64,000 bases of DNA. It comes from Setoptus koraiensis (lineage: Eukaryota; Animalia; Arthropoda). The stretch's first letter is position 1. Each line of letters starts with the position of its first letter. Positions 36,045 to 50,110 of this stretch are shown here, piece by piece. The notes beneath the pieces are model-generated. The model was not told where the DNA came from. It did not search any database and saw only the letters and a program-made list of their open reading frames with translations. The DNA lies in NCBI GenBank assembly GCA_048013815.1, contig CM106585.1:1798001-1862000 (forward strand), written 5' to 3'. A program made the position numbers and the translations under genes.

Positions 36045-38099
36045 TTATGATTTCTCCTCTTTTTTATCCTCAGTATTAGAACTAGATTGATCATTAGAAG
36101 ATGTGGACGAGGAACTACTTCCTTCCCGCTCGGCAGCCATCTTTTTGTAGGCTGTTTCGAAAAGCTTGAGTGACGCTTGTTGCAATTCATTCATGGAGTC
36201 TTTGATTGCTTCTGGAGTAACGTTGTCTTTGTTGGCTAAAACTTCCTTGGTTTTGGAGATCTTCTCTTTTAGATTGTTGCAATCCTCTTCAGGCAGCTGA
36301 GCCTTATATTCTTCCATTTTTGTCTCCGTATCATGCACAATACTTTCAGCTTGGTTAACAGCCTCAATAGTCTCTTTCTTCTTCTTGTCTTCCTCTGCAA
36401 ACTTCTCTGCTTGCCGCACCATGTTTTCTATGTCATCTTTGCTTAGACCTCCCGACGAACGAATAACTATCTGTTGTTCTTTACCAGTTCCCTTGTCTCT
36501 TGCGGAAACGTGAACTATGCCATTGGCATCAATATCGAATGTTACTTCTATCTGGGGTATGCCTCTTGGTGCAGGTGGGATACCTACCAATGAGAATTGT
36601 CCAAGCATTTTATTGTCTGTTGCCATCTCTCGTTCTCCTTGGCAGACTTTGATTTCGACTTGGGTCTGGCCGTCGGCAGCAGTAGAGAATACTTGGCTCT
36701 TCTTTGTAGGGATTGTGGTATTCCTTGTGATCAACTTTGTGAAAACACCTCCAAGTGTTTCAATTCCCAAAGATAAGGGTGTAACATCTAATAACAACAC
36801 GTCTTTGACATCAGATGTGAAGACTCCTCCCTGAATCGCGGCACCAACCGCAACGGCCTCGTCTGGGTTAACAGCTTTGCTTGGTTGCTTTCCGAATATT
36901 TCCTGCACCGTGTCTTGAACCTTTGGCATTCTTGTCATACCTCCGACTAGAATAACCTCATCTATATCCGACGCCTTGACTTGTGCATCTTTCATGGCAA
37001 GTTTACATGGTTCGATGGTGCGTTTGATTAGATCAGCGCATAGGGATTCGAACTTAGAGCGAGACAATTTCAAGTTCATATGTTTTGGGCCACCAGCGTC
37101 CATTGTTAAGTATGGCAGGTTGATATCGGTTTGAGCGGATGATGAGAGTTCTATTTTGGCCTTTTCTGCGGCCTCCTTCAATCTTTGCATAGCCATGATA
37201 TCTTTAGTGACATCAATGCCCTGATCTTTTTTAAATTCCGCTGCTAAATAGTTTAAAAGCACATTGTCGAAGTCTTCACCTCCCAAAAATGTGTCACCGT
37301 TTGTGGATTTGACTTCGAAAACTCCCTCTTTGGATATTTCCATTATAGAAACGTCGAATGTACCACCACCAAGATCGTAGACAGCTATAACTTTGCCCTC
37401 TGATTTGTTTATACCGTAAGCCAAAGCAGCAGCTGTTGGTTCGTTAATAGTTCTGACAACATTTAAACCGGCTATCTGGCCTGCATCTTTGGTTGCTTGT
37501 CGTTGTGAATCATTGAAGTAGGCGGGCACTGTGACAACGGCATCTTTGACCTTCTTGCCCAGATATGATTCGGCCGTCTCCTTCATCTTAATCAGTACAA
37601 AAGCTCCAATTTGCGACGGCGAGTACACTTTGCCATGCGCCTCCAACCAGGCGTCACCATTTGAGGCCTTGACGATCTTATAGGAGACCAATTTCAAGTC
37701 CTTTTGTGTTTCAGGGTCATCGAATTTGCGACCAATGAGACGTTTGGTGGCATATAATGTATTTTTGGCATTTGTAACAGACTGCCTTTTGGCAGGCATA
37801 CCAACAAGACGTTCACCGTCTGCAGTGAATGCCACCACGGAAGGTGTAGTCCTTGAGCCCTCAGCATTTTCAATGACACGAGGTGTTTTACCGTCCATGA
37901 CAGCGACACATGAATTTGTTGTTCCCAAATCAATACCGATTACATGGGTGCCCAAGGGTGCGTCTGATTTGTATCTTTTGGCCACTAAATAACGACAATT
38001 TCCACTTAATGATGTCTGTGTATTTCTGGCTGCTAACTGGGCCAATGTGGATGTCCTGTGGTTGTACAGCCTGAGGGCGGTGTTAAGATGCCTGATCAT
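36045..38099 (-). CDS. HSPA9: Mitochondrial Hsp70 (mortalin / Hsc70-5), 684 aa, intronless
   Basis: R/S/L-rich presequence, [53 protein letters not shown]; no EEVD tail. Confidence 0.97.
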   Translation of the reverse strand: MIRHLNTALRLYNHRTSTLAQLAARNTQTSLSGNCRYLVAKRYKSDAPLGTHVIGIDLGTTNSCVAVMDGKTPRVIENAEGSRTTPSVVAFTADGERLVGMPAKRQSVTNAKNTLYATKRLIGRKFDDPETQKDLKLVSYKIVKASNGDAWLEAHGKVYSPSQIGAFVLIKMKETAESYLGKKVKDAVVTVPAYFNDSQRQATKDAGQIAGLNVVRTINEPTAAALAYGINKSEGKVIAVYDLGGGTFDVSIMEISKEGVFEVKSTNGDTFLGGEDFDNVLLNYLAAEFKKDQGIDVTKDIMAMQRLKEAAEKAKIELSSSAQTDINLPYLTMDAGGPKHMNLKLSRSKFESLCADLIKRTIEPCKLAMKDAQVKASDIDEVILVGGMTRMPKVQDTVQEIFGKQPSKAVNPDEAVAVGAAIQGGVFTSDVKDVLLLDVTPLSLGIETLGGVFTKLITRNTTIPTKKSQVFSTAADGQTQVEIKVCQGEREMATDNKMLGQFSLVGIPPAPRGIPQIEVTFDIDANGIVHVSARDKGTGKEQQIVIRSSGGLSKDDIENMVRQAEKFAEEDKKKKETIEAVNQAESIVHDTETKMEEYKAQLPEEDCNNLKEKISKTKEVLANKDNVTPEAIKDSMNELQQASLKLFETAYKKMAAEREGSSSSSTSSNDQSSSNTEDKKEEKS

Positions 38100-38835
38100 T
38101 GTGAGTTAATATGTAAATTTGTGTGGATTTGCTCTGAAGACAAGGATGTACAGATGAATAAATTGGATTTATGATATAACAGCAGCAAAAGTCCGTTTCC
38201 TTTTGGTATGACACTGAGGGATTCTAATAATAAATGATCAATGGTTATTTATTATTATGTAATTGTCAATGGTAGAGAATAGTTGCCGAATTTCAGTTCT
38301 TTGCGTGTTCTGCGGTGAATGTCGCAGGAATATTAAAAAACGCGAGCTATGTTCTCATGCGGATTTTGTGGCGTGATTATAGCATGGCCGACGAACATTC
38401 GCGACGCCGAACTGGGCAAGCGCACAAGCTACGGCGACGAAAAGGCGCCAAATTCGATGAAGATTTTTGTTTTTATTCTCGTCATAGTTTGCAGAAAAGA
38501 ACACTCTCGACTTTTGGAGAACTTTCTACGCGCGCCTGGAATGATTGAGTGAAAATGGGAAATGATTGACAACTTCTTTTTTTTTTGTAAGAAATACATT
38601 GTAACTATACAAAGATTGAGAATTTATTATATGCATCTTCCCATGCTGATAATGTATGTTATCATAAAGTGGTGTTGGTCAAAATTGTTGTTATGTTGCA
38701 TTGACAGTATAATTCGATGGTATTCAACTTTTTACTCTAGGTGTTTGCGGATGGTTTGCGGAAGCTCATTACTACATTTGTGTTTTTATTTTTATTATCA
38801 TATCTAGTGTAATGATGTTTCGTATTTATTTTCTA

Positions 38836-40787
38836 TTATACGCCTAGCTCATGTCGCAAATTAGTAGCTAACACTTCGGGCAAGTCATACATAACTTGAT
38901 TAGTTGCAAATGCTTTCCTTATCAATAACAGATCATCTAATGTAACAACATCATTCTCGTTGGCCATGACAGTCAATGTTGAATTGTTGCCAACTTGATA
39001 CAATAGCCGCTGTAATTCTCCAAGGGAATTCTTCAACATGGTTGCCTGTACAGGAAATGTTATTGGTTGGGTTAGATTGTATTCCTTGACAACGCTGGCC
39101 ATTTGATCAATCATCTCACGTGAGTAACAATTGTATTGTTGTTGTTGCTGTATTGATTGGCTATTTTGAGTAGCCATCTTGATAAGTAAATTATTATCTG
39201 TTGCAATGTTTTTCATAGTTATATTGCCATTAATATCTTTATTTAATTGTTGCTGTTGTTGCAAATGTGCCAAACTATTTATTCTATGTTGATTGAATTG
39301 ATGATTTAATTGACTTAAATGATGATTTAATTGATTAAATTGTTGCTGGCTTAATTGTTGATGATGATGTCGTTGATGATTCAAATGAGCTAAATGATTC
39401 AGATTTAAATTTAAATTTAAATTCAAATTAAGTGGTAGATGATGATGTGGATTTGTTGTTGATGTTGGTGATGTTGTCACAGGTGATGAAGATCTATTTA
39501 ATGATGATCTATTCATGGATAGATTGGTGGCCATTGTTTGTTGAGGTGGCAATGGAGAAGACGGTGATGGTAGACCGCTGCTATTGTTGCTGCTATTACC
39601 ATTACTAGTGGTACCCATAGCTCCATGATTAAGTTGATTCGTATGATTGTGGTGATGATTAGTAGTAATTAGTGGGATCTCATTAATGCTATTCATTATG
39701 TAATCTGGTATAAGCCAACCAATGGATATAATGGATTTTGGAAATCTCGTCCTACATAACATTAAGAATGTCCAAGCATCTACTGTAGGTGTTGATGAAT
39801 AATTGTTATTGTTTCCATTGTTAGTGTTGTTGCTGCTGTTGTTGCTATTATTATTGCTGTTGTTGTTGTTGCTGTTGTTGTTGCTTTGAATGGCAGGTAA
39901 TGAAGATTGGGATGTTCCTGTAGAATAAATAGATTTAAAGTTCGAAAATTAAGGTGATAAACGAATAATAGCAGAAAAGAAAATCAGCATAAGTCGTTAT
40001 AAGCATGTATACATGCATAGATGTTTGTCAACGGCAACTGACCTGATAAAATGTTGGCATTTAATATAAGAGGTCCCTTTAGGTAGTCCGCGTGTCGGGC
40101 AAGAACCCTAAAGGCTGGCTCAACTGTACGGGTTGAATTAAAGTTCAATCTGACACCCTTTGGTGAATCGGCTCTGGTTATCTCAGTGAGCCAATCCTCT
40201 AACGTGATATCACTAACGCTAATTGGTGCTTTGGCCATAATTGGTATGGGATAGCGACTCATTTCTGCCAATATAACGTCCCCGTCAATAATGAGATGAT
40301 TGTCTATGTGGTCACCCACACAAAAGAAATAGTTATTTTGTCAATAGTACAACGGCAAAGAATACGCATTGCACGATGCCCATGATGTTATGTGAACAAA
40401 TATATAGTGATTAGATATAAATGTATAAATAAATATTTTCAAAGTATCCTAAAGAAACTTACTCATTAAAGCTGCGTTCAATCTATTGCGATTGTTGGCC
40501 TCATGAAACCATGTCAATCTAAGGCCATCATTGTTGATGCCAGGATAATAATCCAATAAATTTGGTGATATTGGACTTTTTGATGAGGGCGACGAAGAGG
40601 ACAACGATGATGATGGCGATGATGATGCTATTGATGAGGCCGACGAATGGTAGCCGGGCGGCGATGGTGTTGGCGCCGCCGATTGGTGCTGATGGCTACC
40701 AACCGAGCTAACCTGGCCTCCATACAACGGTCCCGTGTTGCGTCTGGCCAAGCATGATTGAACCGTTGAACGCTGATATCCGATCAT
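38836..40787 (-). CDS. FAM151: FAM151 / menorin-like protein, ~555 aa; exons 40787-40463, 40303-40043, 39917-38836
   Basis: DGLRLTWFHEANNRNRLNAALM, IDGDVILA, PIMAKAPISVSDITLEDWL, KGVRLNF, LNANILSG, FPKSIISIGW and ITFPVQA match FAM151/MNR-1 motifs. GT-AG junctions in phase (1668 nt). Confidence 0.85.
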
Positions 40788-42409
40788 GTTTGTTTCCGGT
40801 CAGTTGTTGTTGTCGTTGTTTGAGGTTGTATGGTGTGTATTTTGGTTTTATTATTATTTTAATTTTTACAAAACTTTGTCGACTTGCTGTTGAGCTGCTT
40901 CTTCTTCTTGTTTTTGATAATTAATATTTATTAATTGGTCACTTTTGGTAACTCTTGTTGTTTGTCAAACATTTATTGGTGATGTGTGCAGTGATGCTGG
41001 CTGCATTGATAATAATAACAAGTGGAAAATAATAACAGCAATGGTGGTAGCGGTGAAAGTGAAAGTATTATTATTATCATCAAACATGAATAATTTGATT
41101 TGTGTGATTTATGTGTTTTAGATGATCGACAAACAAATTTTGCATTCTATCATGATGTGATTTTCTCAAAGTTGCTGCTTGTCTGTAGCGACCTTGTTGT
41201 CGATAAATTGTTGTGCATTCTACGAATTGACTATCCATCATTATTATTGTTAGTGAATTTGTTGTTATTGTTGGTGTCGTGGTGGCTGCAAATGGTTGTG
41301 TGGTTGACGATGTTAACACTATTCACGCTAAATATGTTATACGATTATACATTATATGACAACACTGAAACTGGACAACGAAATCGATATTGATTGCGCT
41401 CATGACTTGGAAAATAATCTCATCTAAACACCTTGCTGAACATTGTATGTTTGAGTGTGTCGAAAATTCTTATATTTTCTACGTTGTGCTCGCCAACTAA
41501 AACCCAACAACTGTAATGACTACTAACTCATGCTCGTCGCGTTGTGTGTGTTATCTATTACGATCGGCATTAAAAGAAGACGACACATGGATGCACTGGC
41601 CTGTTACATAATGTTGATTGATGGCGATTGATCTCTATGTCGCTATAGAGGCAGCAGCAGCAGCGCCATCGAGCTATGCGAGTGAGTTTGTGCGTTGAAG
41701 TGCCGGAAAATGATGAGAGCGAGAGAGGGAGAGAGAGTTGACTTGTTGGCTCGCTAGATGATAAAAATATTTCTACTATCACTATCATAGGAACATGCTC
41801 ATGTTTGCGCTTCTTTCCTTGTCAGACGGACTAGCTACAGAGCTACAGAGCTACAGAGCGAGCGAGTTACATGCATAGGCGGAGTTACATAAATGCTCAT
41901 ATGACGTCGTTGGAGTGAACACTAGATATTCCAGTGCGAGTGAGAGAGAGAGAGTTTTCGACGATGAGGAGAGGCGAGGTCATTGTTACCCGGCGACTAT
42001 TACTACTAGTTTACGGTCACTTGGTTAGCTTTGACTGTCTGTCTGTTCAACGAGCAGCCAGTCCGAGCGAGGGATTCTCGTAATCATGCTGGCCGAGTGA
42101 GAGTTCATTCCTCAGTCACCCTCGTTCGAATTCCATTCCGAAGCGGCTTTCGAAGCTGGCGAGCTTCGGGAGAGCAAGCTGGCTCGAAGCTGGCTCGAAG
42201 CTGGCGAGCGAGCCAGCTCCGACTGAGTGTGCGCCGCTACAACTAACACTGCCGACGACTAACGGCACTTTCCAATGCTGTATGTATGAATGAATGCTTT
42301 TGAACTATGCGAGCTTCGAAGTGCCGCAGTTGGCCTGTCAAGTCATCATGTGCCCGCTACAACTGCCTAGAATGGCTGCAGAATTGCACAACTGCTGCTT
42401 CAACAACTG

Positions 42410-42441
<32 letters not shown>

Positions 42442-42599
42442 GATGAGGTCACTAGGTGAGCCCATCCGTTTATCCGTTCACTCTATTATATGCACTGTGT
42501 ATTGTCTGCCGTTGTGCTGTTGTGCTGGCGCGCTGGAGAGTTAAGTTCATCTTGCTGAGTTAACGGTTGTGGCCGCGCTAACAGTTCAACAAACTATGA

Positions 42600-42870
42600 G
42601 TGAGAGGTCACGAAGCCACAATGGCCAAACAAGCAGCTCGATGATGAATAGCAACCTGCAACAGGTTGCCCGAAGCCTGAAGGTGGTTGCTGAGCCATTC
42701 ACAACAACGAGAGCCATTCAAAGTTCATAGAGCCCTCGTGGGCTTCAACTTAAACCATCTGAAGCTCACAAGCCGTTGCCTCGGACACATCATCACAAAT
42801 TAGACAGGCTAGTGTGAGTGGGCTTGCAGCAATAGGGAAAACTGAGATCGACCACCATAAATGTTGACTG
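42600..42870 (-). pseudogene. Probable ABCC NBD2 remnant
   Basis: QHLWWSI (EQLWKSL), LICDDVSEATA (LILDEATA), LQVAIHHR (VLTIAHR), colinear. Confidence 0.4.
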
Positions 42871-43959
42871 CCATGGATGGATGATGTAAAAACTGGATTT
42901 TCGTGATCATTGTGAGTGTGTGCGTTAGTGGCGCCATGTTTATTGTTAGCTGCCGCTGCTTCTGCTGCTGTTGCTGTTGCTGTTGTATCAAACAGGCAAT
43001 TGTTGCCCAGCAACCTAGATAAGGCTAGTGCGTGCCTTCAAAAGACACACAACGCTAGTAGAGAGTTACAATCCAGAAAGTTGTTGACCGCTTTTTCCAA
43101 CACATACACTCACACACACTCGCAATCATGGCGAGACCGTTAGCTGGTTAGACTACTTGTTGCATCTTGGTGCATCGCAGCGCTAGTGCCACTTCTCTGT
43201 TGCGTGATGGTGCTTCTTTTAGCTTGTTTCCAATAGCAAACAAGCCGCTATCTCTGGTAGCTGCTGCTGCTGCTGCCATGATAGTAGCAGCCAGATAAAC
43301 AGCAAGCTCTGACCACTTTAAAGTTTAAACCTTAAACTTCTCTCTTGGATCGATCTATCTCTCCCTCTGAAATTACTTTTGAACTGAGCTCCCTCTCTCT
43401 CTCTCTCTCTTCCACTTTGTGCTGTCTGCTCGTATGTCTAGATCAAGCTACAGAGGTAACCATTGACACAGCAAGAGATTGTGATTCTCTTATGGCTGCC
43501 AAGTGCGCCGCTGTTGGGCAACCAGTCATCGGTTAATGACCACCGTAACATCGCTAGGCCCCGGCTAGCGACAACAGCAACAACAACAACGGCAACAACA
43601 ACATCAACTGAAGCCAACGCAGCAGGCTGGCAATTGTCGAATGAGATAATGACAAAAACAGAATGACTCTTACTCCTTTTCCACCTCGCCACCATCAGCG
43701 GCATATTCAATGTTGCTGTAAGCTTCGGCTACCTCGTCGTCGTCCAACACTAGTAATCCTCGACAAACTCCACACACTCGCCAAGCTACTAATGCCGAGA
43801 CGCACAAACTTATCATCCATTGTTGTCAGTGTGCCAGTTCGTTGACCTGTTAGCCGTTCACTTTCTCAACAAAATCTCATCCAACTCTTTCTCATTCTTC
43901 GTGCCCAGCTAATACTTCTTTTATTTATCACTTATCGCCCATCGTTCTAACTGTCTTAT

Positions 43960-45290
43960 TATAATTATGTTTTGTCGCTCCTGATACACACAGCACCAGC
44001 AAAAAAATATTCATACTTTTCCTCATATATTTCACAATGTTTGCCTGCCAGCTTCTATATGAAATGAACAAAAGATAAAAAGTGCCTATGCCTTTCCATG
44101 CTGCAATGCTCACCACAATGGCATTAGCATACACTGATGATAAGCAAAATCATTCGCTTGGCTAGATTACTTTACTTTTGTATCACAATCATGAAGCATG
44201 AAGCATGGAGCAAGTTGCCTGCTGCAACTGCTGACTTGTCTATTCGACATAACGCATTTCGACAAGGATGATGAACGGAAAAAGGGTGAGCCATGGGCAA
44301 CATTTGTCTCTTTATTTATGCATGATATCAAGATCATCATCGCTTGTAAGAGATCAAGAGTAAATGTATCAGATAATGATATTCATCAAGCAATCTAATA
44401 CATGTATTCCTTCTCTTTCTTATCTGATATCTTGCTAATTTACCTTCAATATTCAACTCAATCACTCACACTCAAGTGTTTAAATGAACTCTCCCCTTCA
44501 TCAGTCTATTTCAGGCAATTTAATTACAGTGTATTCGCCAACTTAATTTATAATTTCGCAACAACCATCTCATATAGCTAAAGGCTCCATGTTGTGCTCG
44601 AACTAATAGTGAGTAATCGAGTTACATAATACAAGTCTAACAAGAATAAGCGCCATCTAGCCATGCATAGCCCAGTTATTGAGCTTGCCGAGCTGCTCGA
44701 TGCTGCAAGCCATTCTTACGTGATTGACCTGATCTTACAGGTAGCCATAGTGCATGATACATGGTGACACAATGGCCTGAGAGCTAATAATGCATCCATC
44801 AGAGGCTAACTTCATGGTGCATGATAATCGGCCACCCTGTACAGATAACGCTGGCTTTCTGCAGTGGCGCCATCTATATAACACCATCTCAACAAAAATT
44901 CTCAAGTCATGGGTCATCAAGAACAGGTCAGGTATAGTTTGTTGAGATGTCGCTCGAGGTCGCTCTCTACTATCGCTTGGCGGTTGATAATGGCATTGAG
45001 TCAGCGATGATGCTTTTATTCTCGAATCATAATGGTTTTGGCGAACAAAACATTCCTCAGAAACATGGCTTGTCACTTATTGTTGTGCACGCCTCAAGCG
45101 TTGATAATTTAAACTAGAACACAACAAGAAACTCGTATACACTGACAAGTTGTGAGTAGCTGGCTGGCTGGTCATAATGATGTTGCGACGATATCAACTT
45201 GAGGTAGAAACATCATCAAGTCATCATATAGTTGCATAAATCTGATGTCTTAATGACACAATCTTGTTTCTCTGATCTCTCACCATTTGC
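43960..45290 (-). pseudogene. Collapsed ABCC pseudogene (end of TMD1 to end of NBD2)
   Basis: Colinear: EQMVRDQRNKIVSLRH, LMMFLP, LRNVLFAK (RDNVLFGK), ERHLNKLYLTCS (ERYKQVLSACA), RYLYRVADY...PL (RALYYDADIY...PL), ARWRLFLLDL (SRWLGVALDW), EYTVIKLPE, EGESSFKHLSV, SRQL..C, YANAIVVSIAA (FNHCTVLTIAH), NIVKY (QIKEF). Confidence 0.7.
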
Positions 45291-46389
45291 TCGCTTGATC
45301 TATGATAGTCACGAGTGATGGGCAGCGTTGGCCGGTGGAAGATGAGATATGTGTTCACTTACCATAAGTTAAAGAATGTTCGCAATGATCACCGAAGATG
45401 ATAACTTTGTGTTGTATAACTTGTACGATAACTTTTATCTGTTATCCCTCTCCAGTTACGTGTATATGTAATTGTCTGTTACTCGGTTGGTAATAGGGTT
45501 GCTGATATATAGAGCATATAGTAATGGCGTATAGCAAATAAATTAAGATTAGTCTCACAGGGATCATGAGCGGTTGAATATAAATAAATACGTGTTGCTG
45601 TTTGATGTTGATGCGCAATTTTATGGACTAGACTCGGTTGTTGGCATTCGCAGTTGGAATATTAGCTCTACTAATTAGCTTTTATGTATGAGCTAAATCT
45701 TGTAAGGTGTATGTGTGAAGAGTGTTGCTAATTTAGTTATTTAAATTGATGATTGATCTTGATCCATGTCAGGCACAGTGAATGGTAGGCGGACGGCAAA
45801 CAAACAGTTGTTGAAAAAGTTGTTGAACCGTTATGCAGAGAAATGAGTGGTTTTTGATGATGGTGATTTAGACAAAAGTCAGCATATATGAGGATGGTTT
45901 AATTTTTGTGCTTGCTTTGTTGCTTGGCATTGCCTCACTAATAAGATTTGATATGTTTATGAGTGTGGATACAGACAAACAGACGGACCGACTGACAGAT
46001 TGAGAGAGGGAGAGCGGGAGAGCGAGAGTGTGTAGCTATAAAAGTGATACTTCTTCTACTAAATTCAAGTTGCCCGACATACGACTAGATGGTAATGATA
46101 ATTGTTGAAAGTCAGTCGCGCTTGTTGGCTTGTAATGGCGTCCACCAATTTTCATAATCTCGTCTAAAGGCTATCACGATGATGATATAATTATAACACT
46201 AATGATGCCAATAGGCAACAGAATAAGACTGTGTATACCAACAAACTGCTAAACAGCGGGTTATGTTCAATTGGGCATAAGGCACACATGCAATAGGGTG
46301 TATATATGTATTTATATATAGACATAGGCAAGTATTATTATCATTTAAGTGTTTATCATTTAAGAGTAGAAAAAAAGTTTGAGGCTAAC

Positions 46390-46540
46390 TGGTGTGGTGG
46401 TCTTAGATGGAAACTTTCACTTGCTCAACAAATGAATGCTCATCAAACATTACTTGGCTAGGGTGGTTGAATCAACGATGCTATCAACAACATAAAACAA
46501 CAACAAGTCAACAAACAAAATATCAAGCGATCTTTATGAC
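46390..46540 (-). pseudogene. Possible ABCC NBD1 Walker B / D-loop remnant
   Basis: FYVVDSIVDSTTLAK* vs IYLLDDPLSAVDSAVAKH. Single short segment. Confidence 0.3.
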
Positions 46541-49509
46541 ATTAACATCTTTGACAATACCAATTATTGTTTTACTTTTACTTAGTTTTTACTGCTGCTT
46601 CTGCTGCTGTTGGCTTAAACTTCAATCTAGTCACGCCAATTGTCAGATGTTTGCTTATTCTTCTTACTGTTAGTGTTGCTGTTCTTGTAGCCACAGTGCG
46701 ATTCTAAACTTGTATTCAACTTGAGGCGCAATATCATGATAATCATCGGTTGAGCCAACCAACAGTTGAGCGGCGAGGTGGCAACAGCTAACTCTCATCG
46801 GTTTTCTGGCTCATCCACTTCGGCGGTGCGATCACTAGTAACTTTAAACTTGGTGATGTAATGATGATGATTGTGGACAACGCACACACTCAAAAGCCAT
46901 GATAAGAATAGTTAGCATAAGAGAGCAATGGTTGCAGCTAACCTAGCTGGGCTAACTGTTCAATTATGGCTATATATACTCTCGTTGTGAGCAGTGTATA
47001 ATTATTATCGGTAACACTAGTTTTTGTTGTTGTTGTTGTCGTTGAGACAAATCTATAACGTTATAATGTATTAGTATTTGGAGCGAACCGCTGTTTGCCA
47101 TCGAACAACAGCAACGGCAACAAGTTTTATTATCTGCCGCTTATATAACATTATCAGCAGTGTTTACTTTGTCACCATTTGCGATGGGTCTCTCTCAGTA
47201 AATATGAGTCTCCGGGTCTCTAATCGCTTTTAGCATCTGTCTATCTAACTGTACAATACTGACAAGATAAATTGATCGCATGAGAGTTAGTTAGTTGCAG
47301 ATAAATAGCCCATGGGCGAGTTTGATTGAAAGTTGACGTGACACACAAGGAAGTAAGCATTGTGGCAAACTGTCAATTAGCAAACAACAACAAGTACGGT
47401 TGTCGGTCTCGTGATGGCCAACACACACACACATAAATCTTTTTGCGTTTGCTCTAAATAAAAAATATTGCCAACACGTGTAAAGTAAATTGTTTGTAGC
47501 GGTGCTTGTTGTTCACCAACAGTTTCCTGTTATATAAGCCAGTTATATGAGTTGCTGATGCATTGTATTGGTGGCACAACTACTAGTCCATTTGAATCAA
47601 CTGGATCAACCGTTGCAGCGGTGCATTGAACTTGCTAGCTTGCCATTCAATTATTGTTTGTGCTAACACAAGCTCGTTGCATTAGAATTGGCCTGCATAC
47701 AAATGGGGCCCATCAACGTTGTTGTGACATCAATGGGGCTCAGTTCATGGTGCGACCTTCAAGGATCAAGCTCAAATCGTCGTCGTTATTATTATGCAGT
47801 AAGCTAACACATATAAATAATGAGTGTCGGACAAAAAAGAGGAACATTATTCGCGGCGAAAGCGAACAGTAAGTGTAACTCGGATGATGATATAACAGGC
47901 TCAAAAAGAGACAACAACTAACAGAGATAACGGCGTGACTGTTATTTGATAATTAATATGGCACACATACTGGCAATGTGTGTATAGAGATTTAGTAATA
48001 GAGTTCAATCAGATATTGTATATACATGTATTTTGTGAACGTCAGCGTAAATGTATTTCAAGAGCCACACCACTTGACATACAAACTCGCAGTCAGTGTG
48101 CTAACTGCGTCTAACTGTTGATGTAACACAGCAAACAATAAAATTATTATTGTTTCTGTTGCCTTTCCAATCCAACAGCAAACACAGCAACAACGACAAC
48201 AACAACAACAACAACAGCAACAACAACAACAACAACAATCATCCATCAACGTCGTAAATCATTCGCATACGAAGCTGCATTGTATCAAAGACAACGACAG
48301 CGTTGTTGGGCATCATGGCATACTGAGGACTCTATGCACACCATACCGTTACTTGTGTATTTACGTAACGATACTATATTTGAACGACACTAGCGCATTG
48401 GAGTGTGTGTGTAGCGTTCGTTTTGAGTTGCCAGTGCTGTGAATTCAAGAGTTATTATTCAAGTTGTGATGTGCTAGCAAACTAGATAACTAGACAAACA
48501 AGGATAAGAGCGATATTGAGCGAGCTACAACAACAACCAGGAAGTTCACATCAGCAACAAAAACGTCCGCTGTTGCCTCTACTCACCCACTAACAGTGAG
48601 TCTAATGAGTAGTGAGCTCACCAATTGTTAAACAATGCTATTGGATAATATTGATATTGTTGTTGTTTTTAGTGGAACAATAGCAACGATTCGCTTTCAA
48701 TGTGATGCATCATGCATGGATAAAACACGGACGAAAGTGAACAGCCAGGCCAACTGAACGCCTCGAGCCAGCGTTTAGTTGGCTCGAGGCAAGCATCTCA
48801 CCACATCTTATCAGAGCGACAGTTAGCTGATTTCATTAGCACTGTTGGGCCTCAATCGTCCAAGTTCATTGTGTGTACCGATGTAAAAATATCTGCCATA
48901 TGCCACCAATGTAACACCGCGTAATAACCGCTTAAAGAGCGCAAAAAAAGGTGAGGGTGCCAGTGATTGTGTGACCACTGGCCACTCAACTGCTGGTACG
49001 GGCGTCTGTCCGCTAGGTGGCCGGATGGGGTGCAACTGGGCATGACACATGGATGATGATGAATTGAACACAGGCTGCTCATATGCGTACACTGTTCATT
49101 TATATGCATGTATATTGTTGCCATTGATTGACGACCACTGCTATTTATGTGGCACTGGCTATTGAGTTGCTCTCAATCTATTGCTCACGACTCACTTCTG
49201 GCAATTTACACTTTGTCCAATTACATTTGTCGATGTTGTTGCCGTTGTTGTGCGACTTTAATTGCTTCCAGAAATCCACCATCTGGCGTGCAGTTGAACG
49301 GTGCGGAATTTGCCAGTTGCTATTTGTTGTTTGTTGTTTGGCCGCCATGACGCACATTGGTGCAATGGCTGCGTTGAGGGGGCACACACACACACAACGA
49401 TCGTGGAGCGGTGGCGCGCATTGGCCCAATTCGTGTGTGCAGCATCAGCGGCAGCGGCAGCAGCAGCGGTAACTGTGCTGTGATAATGCGAGAGCGGTAG
49501 TGAGAGGGG

Positions 49510-50110
49510 AAGCAGCCAATTTATGTTGTGTCAGTATGACTGTGCACCAGTGCAGTGTGTCCAATGTTAAAGAGTCACTCTTGGTACTTCTGGCAGTTCT
49601 TACAGCTAGCCCTTCTAGGAACAGCTAACACACACACACACACACACAAACATTCGAAGCATTATGGGACAGACAATTGTGCAGCTTATTTGCATGTGTG
49701 TCTGCTGTAAACTGCTATTTATATTTATATATTTATAGTTATAGTTATACATTTATATATCACACAAGTGGACAAGGCATAACTCACATCTATTACACAA
49801 TATACTCATATAAAACGTTTATACTGGCTGCATTCGTATATTGATACCACTGTATGTATTCTGGCTTTACGGATGATAAACTCGACGACAGACGCAGCGC
49901 TGATACATTACCTGGCCATTGTTGGCGCCGTTGGACACTGGGACAATTTTAGACGACGACAACGACAATAGGACAACAACAATAATTCTGCACACACTTT
50001 GCATAATCTCACTCGCTGATATTAGATACGGGCGTTCGATCAACAATGACACACAAGTGATAACAAGCTGCCAACAACACGCAAATCTCAATCTAGATCT
50101 AGCCAAACTC
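49510..50110 (-). pseudogene. Degenerate ABCC remnant (end of TMD2 to NBD2)
   Basis: LIERPYLISASEI (VARIKEYSEL), GQVMYQ...RVY (GQIEFRDVTLRY), KLHNCLS (RQLICLA), SDSLTLDTLHWCTVILTQHKL (TDKFIQKTIKNAFNHCTVLTIAHRL), colinear. Confidence 0.55.

Noticed and set aside
38315-38552. Two overlapping + strand ORFs (77 and 67 aa) between Hsp70 and FAM151
   Set aside because: No family motifs or splice evidence; probably the Hsp70 promoter region.
41340-41560. ITVVG and CLDEII...SAINID resembling NBD2 motifs
   Set aside because: Too short and ambiguous to count as a remnant.
47700-47860. SPRIMFLFF, FICVSLLHN, DDLSLILEGRT resembling ABCC TM5/TM6/NBD1
   Set aside because: Colinear but would need very large deletions within 160 nt; possible extra remnant, not supportable by eye.
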